Below are positions 34,644 to 44,220 of a stretch of 64,000 nt of DNA, in pieces. The notes under the pieces were generated by a model. It was not told where the DNA came from. It saw only the letters and a list, made by a program, of their open reading frames with translations, and searched no databases. The position numbers and the translations under genes are program-made. Numbering within the stretch: the stretch's first letter is position 1; each line of letters starts with the position of its first letter. Source of the DNA: an uncultured Pseudomonadota bacterium (GTDB lineage: Bacteria > Babelota > Babeliae > Babelales > RVW-14). Where the stretch lies: assembly GCA_964354855.1 (NCBI GenBank), contig CAYHBO010000004.1, forward strand, positions 213-64,212, written 5' to 3'.

Positions 34644-36701
34644 ATGAGAACAAGTAAGATTGTTTTTTTGCTAAGCATTTTTTTTGTGGTTCACGCCTAC
34701 GCTGAAGGACCAAAGTTCCTTAACCTTCACTATCGATTTCCATCACAAGGAGGTCTCGAATCACACCTCCTTATGTTTAATAAAGTTTTTGAACAACATC
34801 AGGTCTCGAACACTCTTCTGACCAGTCAACATTCAACATGGTTAGTAAAAAATATTAATCTTCCACCAAGCCATTATGGCCCCACCTGTCGCACATACCA
34901 TCATGAGGGACTCAATCCAAGCATTTTTGATATCATTAACACCTGTAAAGATCTACACCCATCAACCATCATATGCAACTGGATGGATCAGTTACCAAAT
35001 TGCATTAAGGCAGCTAAAAATCATTCCGCCCATACTATCTACATGCACCACACTCCCAAAGATAGTTTTACGGCTGATGAAATCATGCAGCTTAATCAAA
35101 CTAACGGCATTATTACGGTCTCTCCAACACTTGCCATGCATCTTAAAAAATTACAAGAAACAGGAGTGATAACGGTAAAACACTTAGAACACATAGCACC
35201 ATTTTGGGATGAAGACCAATTTTTAGGGTTCAAGCCAACACGCTCAAAAAAAGATTTTTTTATCAACCAGTTACAATTGAATATTCCCGATGACTCCCCT
35301 GTCATCTGTTCAGTAGCTAACTTGTACTGGTATAAAAATCATAAACTTCTTTTACATGCTATTGATCAACTTATTCACAAGAGACAAAAGAAATTTCATG
35401 TCATTCTTGCCGGTGATGGATCACGTAAAAATGAGCTTATAACGCTAACACGAGAGCTTAACTTAACCGACTATGTCCATTTTGTTGGCAAGATACACGA
35501 GGTTCCAGAACTTCTGTATCATGCAGATTTTCATGTATTACCAAGTTCTAATGAGCCTTTTGGACTTACCCACCTTGAAGCCGCAACCATGAAAAAACCT
35601 TTTGTCGGCGCAACAGAAACAGGAGCTGCAGAATTTATCCAACATGGAGTCACCGGATTTATTTTTGAAAACAACAATGCCCAAGATCTTGCTGATACCT
35701 TAGAAAAACTCCTTGATAATCCAGCACTTTGTAAAATCATGGGAGAAAATGCCTATACCTTTGTTCACCAAAACTACTCAAACGAAGCTCTCTTTAAGAA
35801 ATGGATGATATTTTTAAAGCAGATGGAAGCGGCTGATGCATCAATCACACAGCAAATAACTCCTCAACCAGAGAATATTGATCATATTACCATAGCAATT
35901 CTCGCTAAAGATATGGCTCACGTACTCCCTTTATACCTCAGCTGCATTGAACAACAAACCTGGCCTAAAAATAAAACGTATCTTTATATTCGCACAAACA
36001 ATAACAAAGATAATACAATAGACCTGTTAAAAGCATGGATGAATCAAGTTGGGAGCCAGTATGCTGGTATTTATTTTGACGATACCGATACAAAAGAACG
36101 TGTAGAGAAATATGGCATCCATCAATGGAACTCAGAGCGATTTAGAGTTCTAGGCAAAATTCGCCAAGACTCCGTAACTTGGGCCCATGAGCACAAATCT
36201 CATTATTTTGTTGCCGACTGTGATAATTTTATTAGACCGGATACTATTGAGGTTCTCATGAATACTAACCTCCCAGTTATTGGACCATTACTGCGAAGAA
36301 ACGACAGTAATGAAAATTATGATTGCTTTGAACATGGACCGTCAACGTTTCATGTTCTTCCTCCAAGTGCTCCACAGTACTGGAGACCGGACAATCCATT
36401 ACATACCATACTCGTAAAACAAGAAATGAGAGGATTGATAAAAGTCCCGATCATACACTGCACCTACCTGATAAGACATGAATACCTCGATCAAGTCAGC
36501 TATGACGACAACACTGGCCGTTGGGAATTTGCTATCTTCAGCGACACCTTAAATAAACAAGGAATCCCTCAGTATGTTGATACCCGTGAAGTGTATGGTT
36601 ATCTTACCAGAGCTGAAAACGGAACTGAACTTGTAAATTGGCTTACAGAACTAAAGAGTGGCCCATGGCTGAAGAAAACATTGGCAAGGATTACTCTTTA
36701 A
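34644..36701 (+). CDS. Bifunctional fusion: GT4-like domain + C-terminal GT-A domain resembling the N-terminal domain of collagen galactosyltransferase (COLGALT)
   Basis: Signal MRTSKIVFLLSIFFVVHAYA. Residues 1-~395 are paralogous to the neighbouring GT4 genes. Residues ~400-685 carry ITIAILAKDMAHVLPLYL...DNT...HYFVADCDNFIRPDT...VPIIHCTYLI. Confidence 0.75.
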   Translation: MRTSKIVFLLSIFFVVHAYAEGPKFLNLHYRFPSQGGLESHLLMFNKVFEQHQVSNTLLTSQHSTWLVKNINLPPSHYGPTCRTYHHEGLNPSIFDIINTCKDLHPSTIICNWMDQLPNCIKAAKNHSAHTIYMHHTPKDSFTADEIMQLNQTNGIITVSPTLAMHLKKLQETGVITVKHLEHIAPFWDEDQFLGFKPTRSKKDFFINQLQLNIPDDSPVICSVANLYWYKNHKLLLHAIDQLIHKRQKKFHVILAGDGSRKNELITLTRELNLTDYVHFVGKIHEVPELLYHADFHVLPSSNEPFGLTHLEAATMKKPFVGATETGAAEFIQHGVTGFIFENNNAQDLADTLEKLLDNPALCKIMGENAYTFVHQNYSNEALFKKWMIFLKQMEAADASITQQITPQPENIDHITIAILAKDMAHVLPLYLSCIEQQTWPKNKTYLYIRTNNNKDNTIDLLKAWMNQVGSQYAGIYFDDTDTKERVEKYGIHQWNSERFRVLGKIRQDSVTWAHEHKSHYFVADCDNFIRPDTIEVLMNTNLPVIGPLLRRNDSNENYDCFEHGPSTFHVLPPSAPQYWRPDNPLHTILVKQEMRGLIKVPIIHCTYLIRHEYLDQVSYDDNTGRWEFAIFSDTLNKQGIPQYVDTREVYGYLTRAENGTELVNWLTELKSGPWLKKTLARITL

Positions 36702-36862
36702 TTTTCCCATCAAAAACCCTTTATCTTTCAAGTAATCATATTCAATTTGAAAACATTGTTGATATTTATCTTAAATAATAGGTAAGATCAACCCTGATGG
36801 TAATTATAACTAATAATTACAAACTATTTATTTGATAAATAAGCGGTAAGAAAAAGAGTGCT

Positions 36863-38113
36863 GTGATGCAAAAGCTCCACTTCGTTTCGCTCCTAACCAT
36901 GAGCGCCTTCCTTACTATCACCTTGACAACAGACCCTTTAACACTAATACCACTTGATATAAATCCCACCATTCTCCAGCAGAATAAAAAGCAGGCTCTT
37001 CTAAATATCCATTACAATGTTCCCTCTCCTGGCGGCATAGAAACACATTTATTGATTTTTAATAAGCTTTTTGCCCAACAGGCCATCCCTCATACATTAC
37101 TTACCAGTAAACACTCTACGTGGATTGTTAATACCATAAATCAACCAGCAAATCCTTATGGCCTACATTGCCATCTATACAATCATGATGAAGTAAATCC
37201 AACATCAACCGATATCCTTAACACATGCAAAGAAAAACAAATATCCACCATAATCTGTAACTGGGAAGGCCCCCTATTAGATGCAAGCCTTGATGCTGCC
37301 AAAACTCACCCAACAAAACTTATCTTTGTACATCATAATTTTAAAGAAGATTTTACCGATCAAAACATTGAAAAATTCAACCAGCTTAGCGCCATTGTGG
37401 CGGTTTCCCCAGTTGTAACCGAGTCTTTACATCGATTACAAAAATCGGGACGCTTACAAGTAAAAAATATAATGCACATCTCACCTTTTTGGGATGAAGA
37501 CAAATTTTTAACGTTCAAACCAACACGATCAAAACAAGATTTCTTTAAACAAAAATTCAATCTCACCTTCACCGATAATGATCCCGTAATCTGTTCTGTA
37601 GCAAATTTATATTGGTGCAAAAATCAACAATTACTCTTACATGCCGCTGCAAACCTACTCCATACCAAAAATAAAAAGTTTCACCTCATTCTAGCGGGGG
37701 AAGGCGACGATCTCCCGAAGCTAGAACAATTAGCAAGAGAGCTAAACATAACATCCTGTACTCACTTTGTTGGAAGAACCTTAGAAGTCCCTGAACTTCT
37801 GCATCATATAGATTTACACGTACTACCAAGCTCTCACGAAGGGTTTGGGCTCGTACAACTTGAAGCAGCTATGATGAAGAAACCATTTTTAGCCGCAACA
37901 AAAACAGCCGCTGAAAGAATTATTCAACATGGTATTACCGGATTTATTTTTGAAAATAACAACGCCCAAGACTTGGCAAATAAATTGGAAACATTAATCG
38001 ATAATCCAAAACTGCGTCAAACCATGGGACAGAATGCATACAATTTTGTACGCCAACATTATGCAAACAAAATTCTCTTTAACAAATGGATAGATTTATT
38101 GGAGAAAATTTAA
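36863..38113 (+). CDS. GT4-like glycosyltransferase with N-terminal signal/anchor, paralog 3
   Basis: GTG 36863 / ATG 36866. LPSSHEGFGLVQLEAAMMKKPFLAATKTAAERIIQHGITGFIF. Shares FWDEDKFL and ICSVANLYW with its neighbours. Confidence 0.8.
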   Translation: MMQKLHFVSLLTMSAFLTITLTTDPLTLIPLDINPTILQQNKKQALLNIHYNVPSPGGIETHLLIFNKLFAQQAIPHTLLTSKHSTWIVNTINQPANPYGLHCHLYNHDEVNPTSTDILNTCKEKQISTIICNWEGPLLDASLDAAKTHPTKLIFVHHNFKEDFTDQNIEKFNQLSAIVAVSPVVTESLHRLQKSGRLQVKNIMHISPFWDEDKFLTFKPTRSKQDFFKQKFNLTFTDNDPVICSVANLYWCKNQQLLLHAAANLLHTKNKKFHLILAGEGDDLPKLEQLARELNITSCTHFVGRTLEVPELLHHIDLHVLPSSHEGFGLVQLEAAMMKKPFLAATKTAAERIIQHGITGFIFENNNAQDLANKLETLIDNPKLRQTMGQNAYNFVRQHYANKILFNKWIDLLEKI

Positions 38114-39315
38114 TGAAAATTATCATAAGCGTAATCATATTACTCTATCCGCTCACAATAACAGCAACCGTACAACCATTAAAATCCCAAAATATTTTAA
38201 ACCTTCATTACCGATTTCCTCATCCAGGCGGCATAGAAACACATGTACTTATGGCTAATAAAGTTTTTGCTCAACGCAACACACCTCACACACTCCTCAC
38301 AAGTAAACATTCTGAATGGATAGTAAACCGTATTAACCAACCAAAATCACCTTATGGCCCACCATGCTATCTTTTAGGACATGATGAATTTTTTCCAACC
38401 CCTACAGATGTTCTACAAGCCTGCCAACAAAAACAAATCTCCACCATCATTTGTAATTGGATTGGACACTTAGATCAAGGAATCGAATCTACTAAAACTC
38501 ATCCTGCAGATTTAATTTATATGCATCACGTACCGGTAGATATTTTTAGCCCCATTGAACTTCAAAAAATTAATCAAGCAAAAGGCATCGTTGCCGTTTC
38601 ACCGATCATGACTAATCAATTTAAAACACTCCAAAAAATGGGCATCATTACCATCAAGCATATTGAACATATCGGCCCATTCTGGGATGAAGATAAATTT
38701 TTACAATGCAAACCAACTCGATCACGACAAGAATTTTTTAAACAGGCATTCAACCTTGATATCCCCACCGACCTCCCACTCGTCTGCTCCGTTGCAAATT
38801 TTGCCTGGTATAAAAACCATCCATTACTCTTAAAAGCGGTAAGTATTCTTATCAATCAAAAACAGAAAAAATTTCACCTCATCCTTGCCGGCGAGGGGGT
38901 GGAAAAGAAAAATTTAGAAGCACTAATCAATGAACTTAATATTGCACCCTATGTCCATTTGCTTGGGAAAACACAAGAAGTTCCTGAGCTTCTTCACCAT
39001 GTAGATATCCATGTACTTGCAAGTTCTAATGAGCCTTTCGGGCTAACCCATGTTGAAGCAGCTACTATGAAAAAACCTTTTATTGCAGCAACAGGAACCG
39101 GAGCTTCCACATTTATCAACCATGGCATTACCGGTTTTATTTTTGAGAACAACAATGCGCAAGACCTTGCCAATAAACTTGAAATTGTTATTGATAACAA
39201 AGTATTTCGTGAAAGAATGGGACAAGACGCTTTTACGTTTGTTCGCAATAATTACTCAAATCAAGTTCTTTTTAACAAATGGATGAACTTCTTGAAGAAA
39301 ATAGAGGGGCACTAA
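38113..39315 (+). CDS. GT4-like glycosyltransferase with N-terminal signal/anchor, paralog 4
   Basis: TAATG overlap with the previous gene, after ggagaaaa. MKIIISVIILLYPLTITA. LASSNEPFGLTHVEAATMKKPFIAATGTGASTFINHGITGFIF. Confidence 0.8.
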   Translation: MKIIISVIILLYPLTITATVQPLKSQNILNLHYRFPHPGGIETHVLMANKVFAQRNTPHTLLTSKHSEWIVNRINQPKSPYGPPCYLLGHDEFFPTPTDVLQACQQKQISTIICNWIGHLDQGIESTKTHPADLIYMHHVPVDIFSPIELQKINQAKGIVAVSPIMTNQFKTLQKMGIITIKHIEHIGPFWDEDKFLQCKPTRSRQEFFKQAFNLDIPTDLPLVCSVANFAWYKNHPLLLKAVSILINQKQKKFHLILAGEGVEKKNLEALINELNIAPYVHLLGKTQEVPELLHHVDIHVLASSNEPFGLTHVEAATMKKPFIAATGTGASTFINHGITGFIFENNNAQDLANKLEIVIDNKVFRERMGQDAFTFVRNNYSNQVLFNKWMNFLKKIEGH

Positions 39316-41918
39316 GCCCCCGCGACCCACGCCTCAATCTTAACCTTAAAATCTCCCGGAACGCTCACGCCACCGCCTTGAATAACCGGAGGGTTGCCGC
39401 CACCTTTAAGATCAAACGTTGTCTTAAGCCAAGCCGCAAATGCTTTAACATCAACTCCTGAACCTGTATGAGCATATGCCAAGAAGCTGAAACGATCAGA
39501 TTGCTTGCCAACCATCACATAAAAACCTGGTTTATGTTGTGCAAGTGATTCCGCAACTTGTTTCAATTCTTCATTAGAAACATCATCAAGTTCTAGATAC
39601 AAGAAGTTTGTTTTGCCAACCGCTTTTACTTGTTGTTGCCACTGTGGAATTTGCGTAAGCATGATTTGCTTCTTGAGTTGTTTGATCGTCGTTGTCGCTT
39701 GCATCAATTGCTCATGTTGCTTCTCTACCGCATCAGCAACTTGTTCAACTTTAACTTTGAACTGTTCACTAAGCTGCTTAGCGCCACTAAATGTTTGTTG
39801 AAATAACTCAAGTGATTTAGGCCCAGTCAGAGCAACAATACGTCGCACCCCAGTAGCCAAAGAGCTTTCACTGATAATTTTAAAGCTTCCAATAATTCCA
39901 GTACGCGAAGCATGAGTGCCTCCACAAAGCTCGATTGAATAATCAGCAATAACAATCATACGTACCGTCTCAGGATTGTATTTATCCCCAAACGGCATTA
40001 GGGCACCTACGCGTTGCGCTTCTTTCATCGTCGTGTTTACTACTTCAACAGGAATATTTTCTTGAATTTTTTCATTCACTAAATCTTCAACACGCTTTAT
40101 TTCTTCTTTAGTCATTGCATGATGATGCGAAAAGTCAAAGCGCAGATAATCAGGATGCACTACCGAACCGGCCTGTTTAACATGCGAGCCAAGCGCTTGA
40201 ATCAAGGCTGATTGCAACATATGCGTTGCAGTATGATTTTTAACGGTACATGGGCGAATTTTAGCATCCACAATACTTTCAACAGCATCACCAACGTTAA
40301 TATCCTGAGCAGGTTTCCCATCAAGTGCCGTTAACGGGATCTTAATCATAATCGCTGGCTTAAATGTTTCACCTGCTTTTTTAAGGCCAATAACGGGGAA
40401 CGTTTGATTATTAATCGTCACCGTCCCACTATCATCAACTTGCCCACCAGTTTCAACAAAGAACGGTGATGCTTCTGTTGAGATCCAGATACAATCTTCA
40501 CGTTTTTCAACAAACTGAATGTTACTGCTATTTTTCAGTTCATCATAGCCAACAAATTTAGTTGTCATCCCATCGATCGCAAATTCCTGCCCTTGCTGAT
40601 CTTTCATTTTTTTACCTGAAAGCTGTTGTTGTTTTTTCATTTCTACTTCAAACCCAGCTCTATCAATCGTCATATTGCCTTCATTCGCCACAATTTCAGT
40701 AAGTTCTGGCGGGAACCCATAGGTATCATACAGTTTAAAAACTTGAGGCCCGGTCAACACATCCGTACAATTTGTTTTGTGTTCTTCCATGTACTTTGCA
40801 AGAATATTTTGGCCACCAATCAAGTTTTGGGCAAAACGATCAACTTCGTTATCAAGTACCGCAATAATCAATTTTTCAGACTTTTTAAGCTCTGGAAAAA
40901 CGCTCTGCATCGTATCAATAAAAATTTGAGCAAGTTTAGAAAACAAGCGAGCATCGGTAGAAATTTTCTCTGAGAAGAGCGCTGCACGACGAATAATTTT
41001 TCTTAAGACATAGCCGCGACCATCATTTGCCGGCGAGCAACCATCAGCAATTAACAAGGCACTTGATCTGATATGGTCAGCTAACACGCGAAAAGCAGCT
41101 TGAAGGTCAGCATTACTTTTCTCATAAGAAATATCGGTTATTTTTTCGATGGAATTAATAACCATCATCAACGGATCAGATTCGAACACATTGGTTTTAC
41201 CCTGCATCACCATACATAAGCGCTCAAGCCCCATTCCTGTATCCACACCGGTCTGAGTTAAAAGTTCTAGAGTTCCATCCGCCTGACGATTGTATTGCAT
41301 AAACACGTTGTTCCAAATTTCAAGGTAGCGTGCACAACTACACCCAGGGGCACAACTTGCTTGCTTACAACCGATCGTAGGACCGCGGTCAACATAAATT
41401 TCAGTACATGGACCACATGGACCGGTATCACCCATCGCCCAAAAATTATCCGCTTCACCAAGACGAATGATACGCTCAGTTGGTAATCCGATAACATTAT
41501 GCCAAAGATCATATGACTCTTGATCCTCTTTATACACCGATGCGTACATTTTATCCGCAGGCAGACCCATATCTTCGATTAAAAATTTCCATGCAAATTC
41601 GATTGCCTCTTTTTTGAAATAATTCCCAAAAGAAAAGTTGCCAAGCATTTCAAAAAACGTCAGATGACGTTCAGTAAACCCTACTTGATCAAGGTCATTA
41701 TGCTTACCACCAGCACGAACACACTTTTGACTCGTTGTCGCACGAACATAACTTCTCTTTTCTTTTCCCAAAAAACAGTCTTTGAATTGATTCATCCCGG
41801 CATTGGTAAACAATAAAGTTGGATCTTGAGCAGGAATAAGCGATGAGCTGGCAAGCACGGTGTGGCCATTTTTTTCAAAATAACTCAGAAACTTTTGACG
41901 AATTTCAAATGAATTCAT
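39312..41918 (-). CDS. alaS: Alanine--tRNA ligase
   Basis: Full-length 868 aa. FTNAGMNQFK, class II core, editing-domain HTATHML and CGGTH, C-terminal DHHA1-like region. The 3' end overlaps the convergent GT4 gene by 4 nt. Confidence 0.95.
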   Translation of the reverse strand: MNSFEIRQKFLSYFEKNGHTVLASSSLIPAQDPTLLFTNAGMNQFKDCFLGKEKRSYVRATTSQKCVRAGGKHNDLDQVGFTERHLTFFEMLGNFSFGNYFKKEAIEFAWKFLIEDMGLPADKMYASVYKEDQESYDLWHNVIGLPTERIIRLGEADNFWAMGDTGPCGPCTEIYVDRGPTIGCKQASCAPGCSCARYLEIWNNVFMQYNRQADGTLELLTQTGVDTGMGLERLCMVMQGKTNVFESDPLMMVINSIEKITDISYEKSNADLQAAFRVLADHIRSSALLIADGCSPANDGRGYVLRKIIRRAALFSEKISTDARLFSKLAQIFIDTMQSVFPELKKSEKLIIAVLDNEVDRFAQNLIGGQNILAKYMEEHKTNCTDVLTGPQVFKLYDTYGFPPELTEIVANEGNMTIDRAGFEVEMKKQQQLSGKKMKDQQGQEFAIDGMTTKFVGYDELKNSSNIQFVEKREDCIWISTEASPFFVETGGQVDDSGTVTINNQTFPVIGLKKAGETFKPAIMIKIPLTALDGKPAQDINVGDAVESIVDAKIRPCTVKNHTATHMLQSALIQALGSHVKQAGSVVHPDYLRFDFSHHHAMTKEEIKRVEDLVNEKIQENIPVEVVNTTMKEAQRVGALMPFGDKYNPETVRMIVIADYSIELCGGTHASRTGIIGSFKIISESSLATGVRRIVALTGPKSLELFQQTFSGAKQLSEQFKVKVEQVADAVEKQHEQLMQATTTIKQLKKQIMLTQIPQWQQQVKAVGKTNFLYLELDDVSNEELKQVAESLAQHKPGFYVMVGKQSDRFSFLAYAHTGSGVDVKAFAAWLKTTFDLKGGGNPPVIQGGGVSVPGDFKVKIEAWVAGA

Positions 41919-42075
41919 ATGTTACAACCTTTGACAAATAAAACAAAAATATTCAAAAATAGAAGACCTGTACAAAACTACCACAGCTCTTTGATTTCGC
42001 AAAACATTACAGACCCCTAGGACAATTAGACAAGAAAAACGGTTTAAAAGAAACAGAGAGCACTAATGAAAAATA

Positions 42076-42201
42076 ATGAAAAATGTAGAAATACTAATCC
42101 TTGGGGGAATATACTTTCATAATGTATCAGCAGCACAAACAAAAATTGCCTTTATTGCCGCTATTTACGGGAACTATATTGTGTCTACAGTATTGGTATA
42201 A
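42076..42201 (+). pseudogene. 5' remnant (42 codons) of a paralog of the DUF616-like gene at 43234
   Basis: MKNVEILILGGIYFHNVSAAQTKIAFIAAIYGNY... versus MKKLKILILGSILFHGTSAAQPRIAFFTAIYGKY.... The upstream gcactaatgaaaaa is also shared. The frame ends at 42201. Confidence 0.7.
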
Positions 42202-42336
42202 GTAAATTTTAAAGTTTACAACACAAAAACAAGGGGAATGTCCATGTAAATAATTTTGGCTAAGATACATAATCATGGAAGTTCAAGATGTATATGGATT
42301 TCTATTTTAGTTAACAATTATGGGAAAGTATGTTTT

Positions 42337-43128
42337 ATGATCAAATTAAGGCTTAATAAAAGTTTTTTATTTCTATTATCTATTCTGCTTTGCTCAATAC
42401 AACTCAGTACAGCGCATAATGCAACAATTGAAAATCTATACATTGATAATATAAAAAAATGTCTTCTTGATACCATTCATCGTGAAAGGCTTGATGAAAA
42501 TGACCACACAAATTGGGTTACACCAAATTCCGCTACAATGATTGGTGAAACTGGCCTCAATAAAATACAATTTCTGGTTGAAGATATTTTAAAAAATAAT
42601 ATTCCAGGAGATTTAATTGAAACCGGTGTTTGGCGCGGCGGAGCTACCATTTTTATGAGAGCAATTCTAAAAGCTTATCAAATAACTAATCGTAATGTTT
42701 GGGTCGCTGATTCATTCGAAGGATTACCCAAACCAAATGATATTTTATATCCTTCTGATAAAGAAGACTCTCATCATAAAATAGAATATTTAAAAGTTTC
42801 ACTTGATACCGTAAAATCAAATTTTAAAAAATATGGTTTACTTGATGATCAAGTTAAATTTTTAAAAGGATGGTTTAAAGATACTCTTCCTTCTGCTCCA
42901 ATTAAACAATTATCGTTATTAAGACTTGATGGTGATATGTATGAATCTACTATGGATGCATTAAAAAACTTATATCATAAGCTTTCCATTGGTGGTTATA
43001 TTATTATAGACGATTGGACCTTACCTGGAGCTAAAATAGCAGTCCTTGATTTTAGACAAGAAAACAATATTACAGATGAGATATGTGATATAAATAAATG
43101 GACAATGTACTGGCAAAAAACTAAATAA
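42337..43128 (+). CDS. TylF/macrocin-O-methyltransferase-family SAM-dependent methyltransferase with signal/anchor
   Basis: MIKLRLNKSFLFLLSILLCSIQLSTA. GDLIETGVWRGGATIFMRA, VWVADSFEGLP, LRLDGDMYESTMDAL, GGYIIIDDW. Confidence 0.85.
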   Translation: MIKLRLNKSFLFLLSILLCSIQLSTAHNATIENLYIDNIKKCLLDTIHRERLDENDHTNWVTPNSATMIGETGLNKIQFLVEDILKNNIPGDLIETGVWRGGATIFMRAILKAYQITNRNVWVADSFEGLPKPNDILYPSDKEDSHHKIEYLKVSLDTVKSNFKKYGLLDDQVKFLKGWFKDTLPSAPIKQLSLLRLDGDMYESTMDALKNLYHKLSIGGYIIIDDWTLPGAKIAVLDFRQENNITDEICDINKWTMYWQKTK

Positions 43129-43233
43129 CGTGAGTTCGATAAATTAACCAAGCTAGAAAATAAAGTCCGCTCTCAGGGCTTCCGCATTAAAAAATAAGTA
43201 AGCTTTTCCAAAAAAAAATAACTGGGGGCACTA

Positions 43234-44103
43234 ATGAAAAAGTTAAAGATACTAATTCTTGGGAGCATACTATTTCACGGTACATCAGCAGCACAACCAA
43301 GAATTGCTTTTTTTACTGCTATTTACGGAAAGTATGAAGATTCTTGTAAGCCTTTTGCAAAACAAACAATTCCTACTGACTTTATTTGTTTTACCAACCT
43401 TGATCGTTTAGCTGCCAATGAATGGATAATTGATAAAACTCCTTACCATGAAACTAATCCAAGCCCTCTTGATCATGGACGCTATATTAATTCAATCAAA
43501 AATAATATACACACTTTTAATATTGCAAAATATTACAAGCAAAATTTTACCAATATTCCTCGACTAAAAGACTATGAGGTACTTGTTTGGTTAGACGGCA
43601 CCATTGAAATTACTAATCCAAAAGTAGCTGAATGGATTCTTGAAAAGATAAAACAACATCCGATTATCGGTTGGGAGCATTGGCGTAACGGAAAACTTGC
43701 AGAAGAAGTTAAAGCTTCCGACTTTCACCGATACACATCAACCTTTTGGTTTGGACAACCTCAACCCTATCAAGATATTTATGCACAATATGATGCATAC
43801 ATCAAAGATGGATTCAATGACAAAGATTATTGGTCCTCAATTGATAAAAACAAACCTCAATTAGGACTTTGGGTAACATGTTTTGTTGCATTTGATAATA
43901 AGAATACAACGATTACCAAGAATTTTTTAGATTTATGGTACCAACAAACATTACAGTATACAACCCAAGATCAGATTGGGTTTCCGTATGTTGTACAAAA
44001 ACTAAACATGATCCCTTATACTTTGCCAGATAGTGAGATTATAGGAACGAGTGATCGTAATAATTTTTATATTAAACATGACCATGGAAAAGGATTATTA
44101 TAG
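43234..44103 (+). CDS. DUF616 / TOD1-MUCI70-like putative glycosyltransferase with signal/anchor
   Basis: MKKLKILILGSILFHGTSAA. IAFFTAIYGKYE...DFICFTN...KYYK...YEVLVWLDGTIEI matches my recollection of DUF616-family motifs. Confidence 0.55.
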   Translation: MKKLKILILGSILFHGTSAAQPRIAFFTAIYGKYEDSCKPFAKQTIPTDFICFTNLDRLAANEWIIDKTPYHETNPSPLDHGRYINSIKNNIHTFNIAKYYKQNFTNIPRLKDYEVLVWLDGTIEITNPKVAEWILEKIKQHPIIGWEHWRNGKLAEEVKASDFHRYTSTFWFGQPQPYQDIYAQYDAYIKDGFNDKDYWSSIDKNKPQLGLWVTCFVAFDNKNTTITKNFLDLWYQQTLQYTTQDQIGFPYVVQKLNMIPYTLPDSEIIGTSDRNNFYIKHDHGKGLL

Positions 44104-44220
44104 GGCGTAAGATTGTTTGTAAAGAAGTATTTTTATCTTGACGAAGAAGTTCACTATCCCATAAGCTCACTCTTATACAATCTAAAACATATAATGAATT
44201 TTTTTGGAGAAGGAAGATTA

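Noticed and set aside
24870-44220. Long N-terminal extensions given by the ORF track (starts at 24870, 30092, 33369, 38086, 42256, 44113; also 20473, 62490, 54016, 55972)
   Set aside because: The upstream parts overlap preceding genes or lack an RBS. Internal ATGs preceded by SD-like sequences give canonical signal peptides or conserved N-termini, so the downstream starts were preferred.
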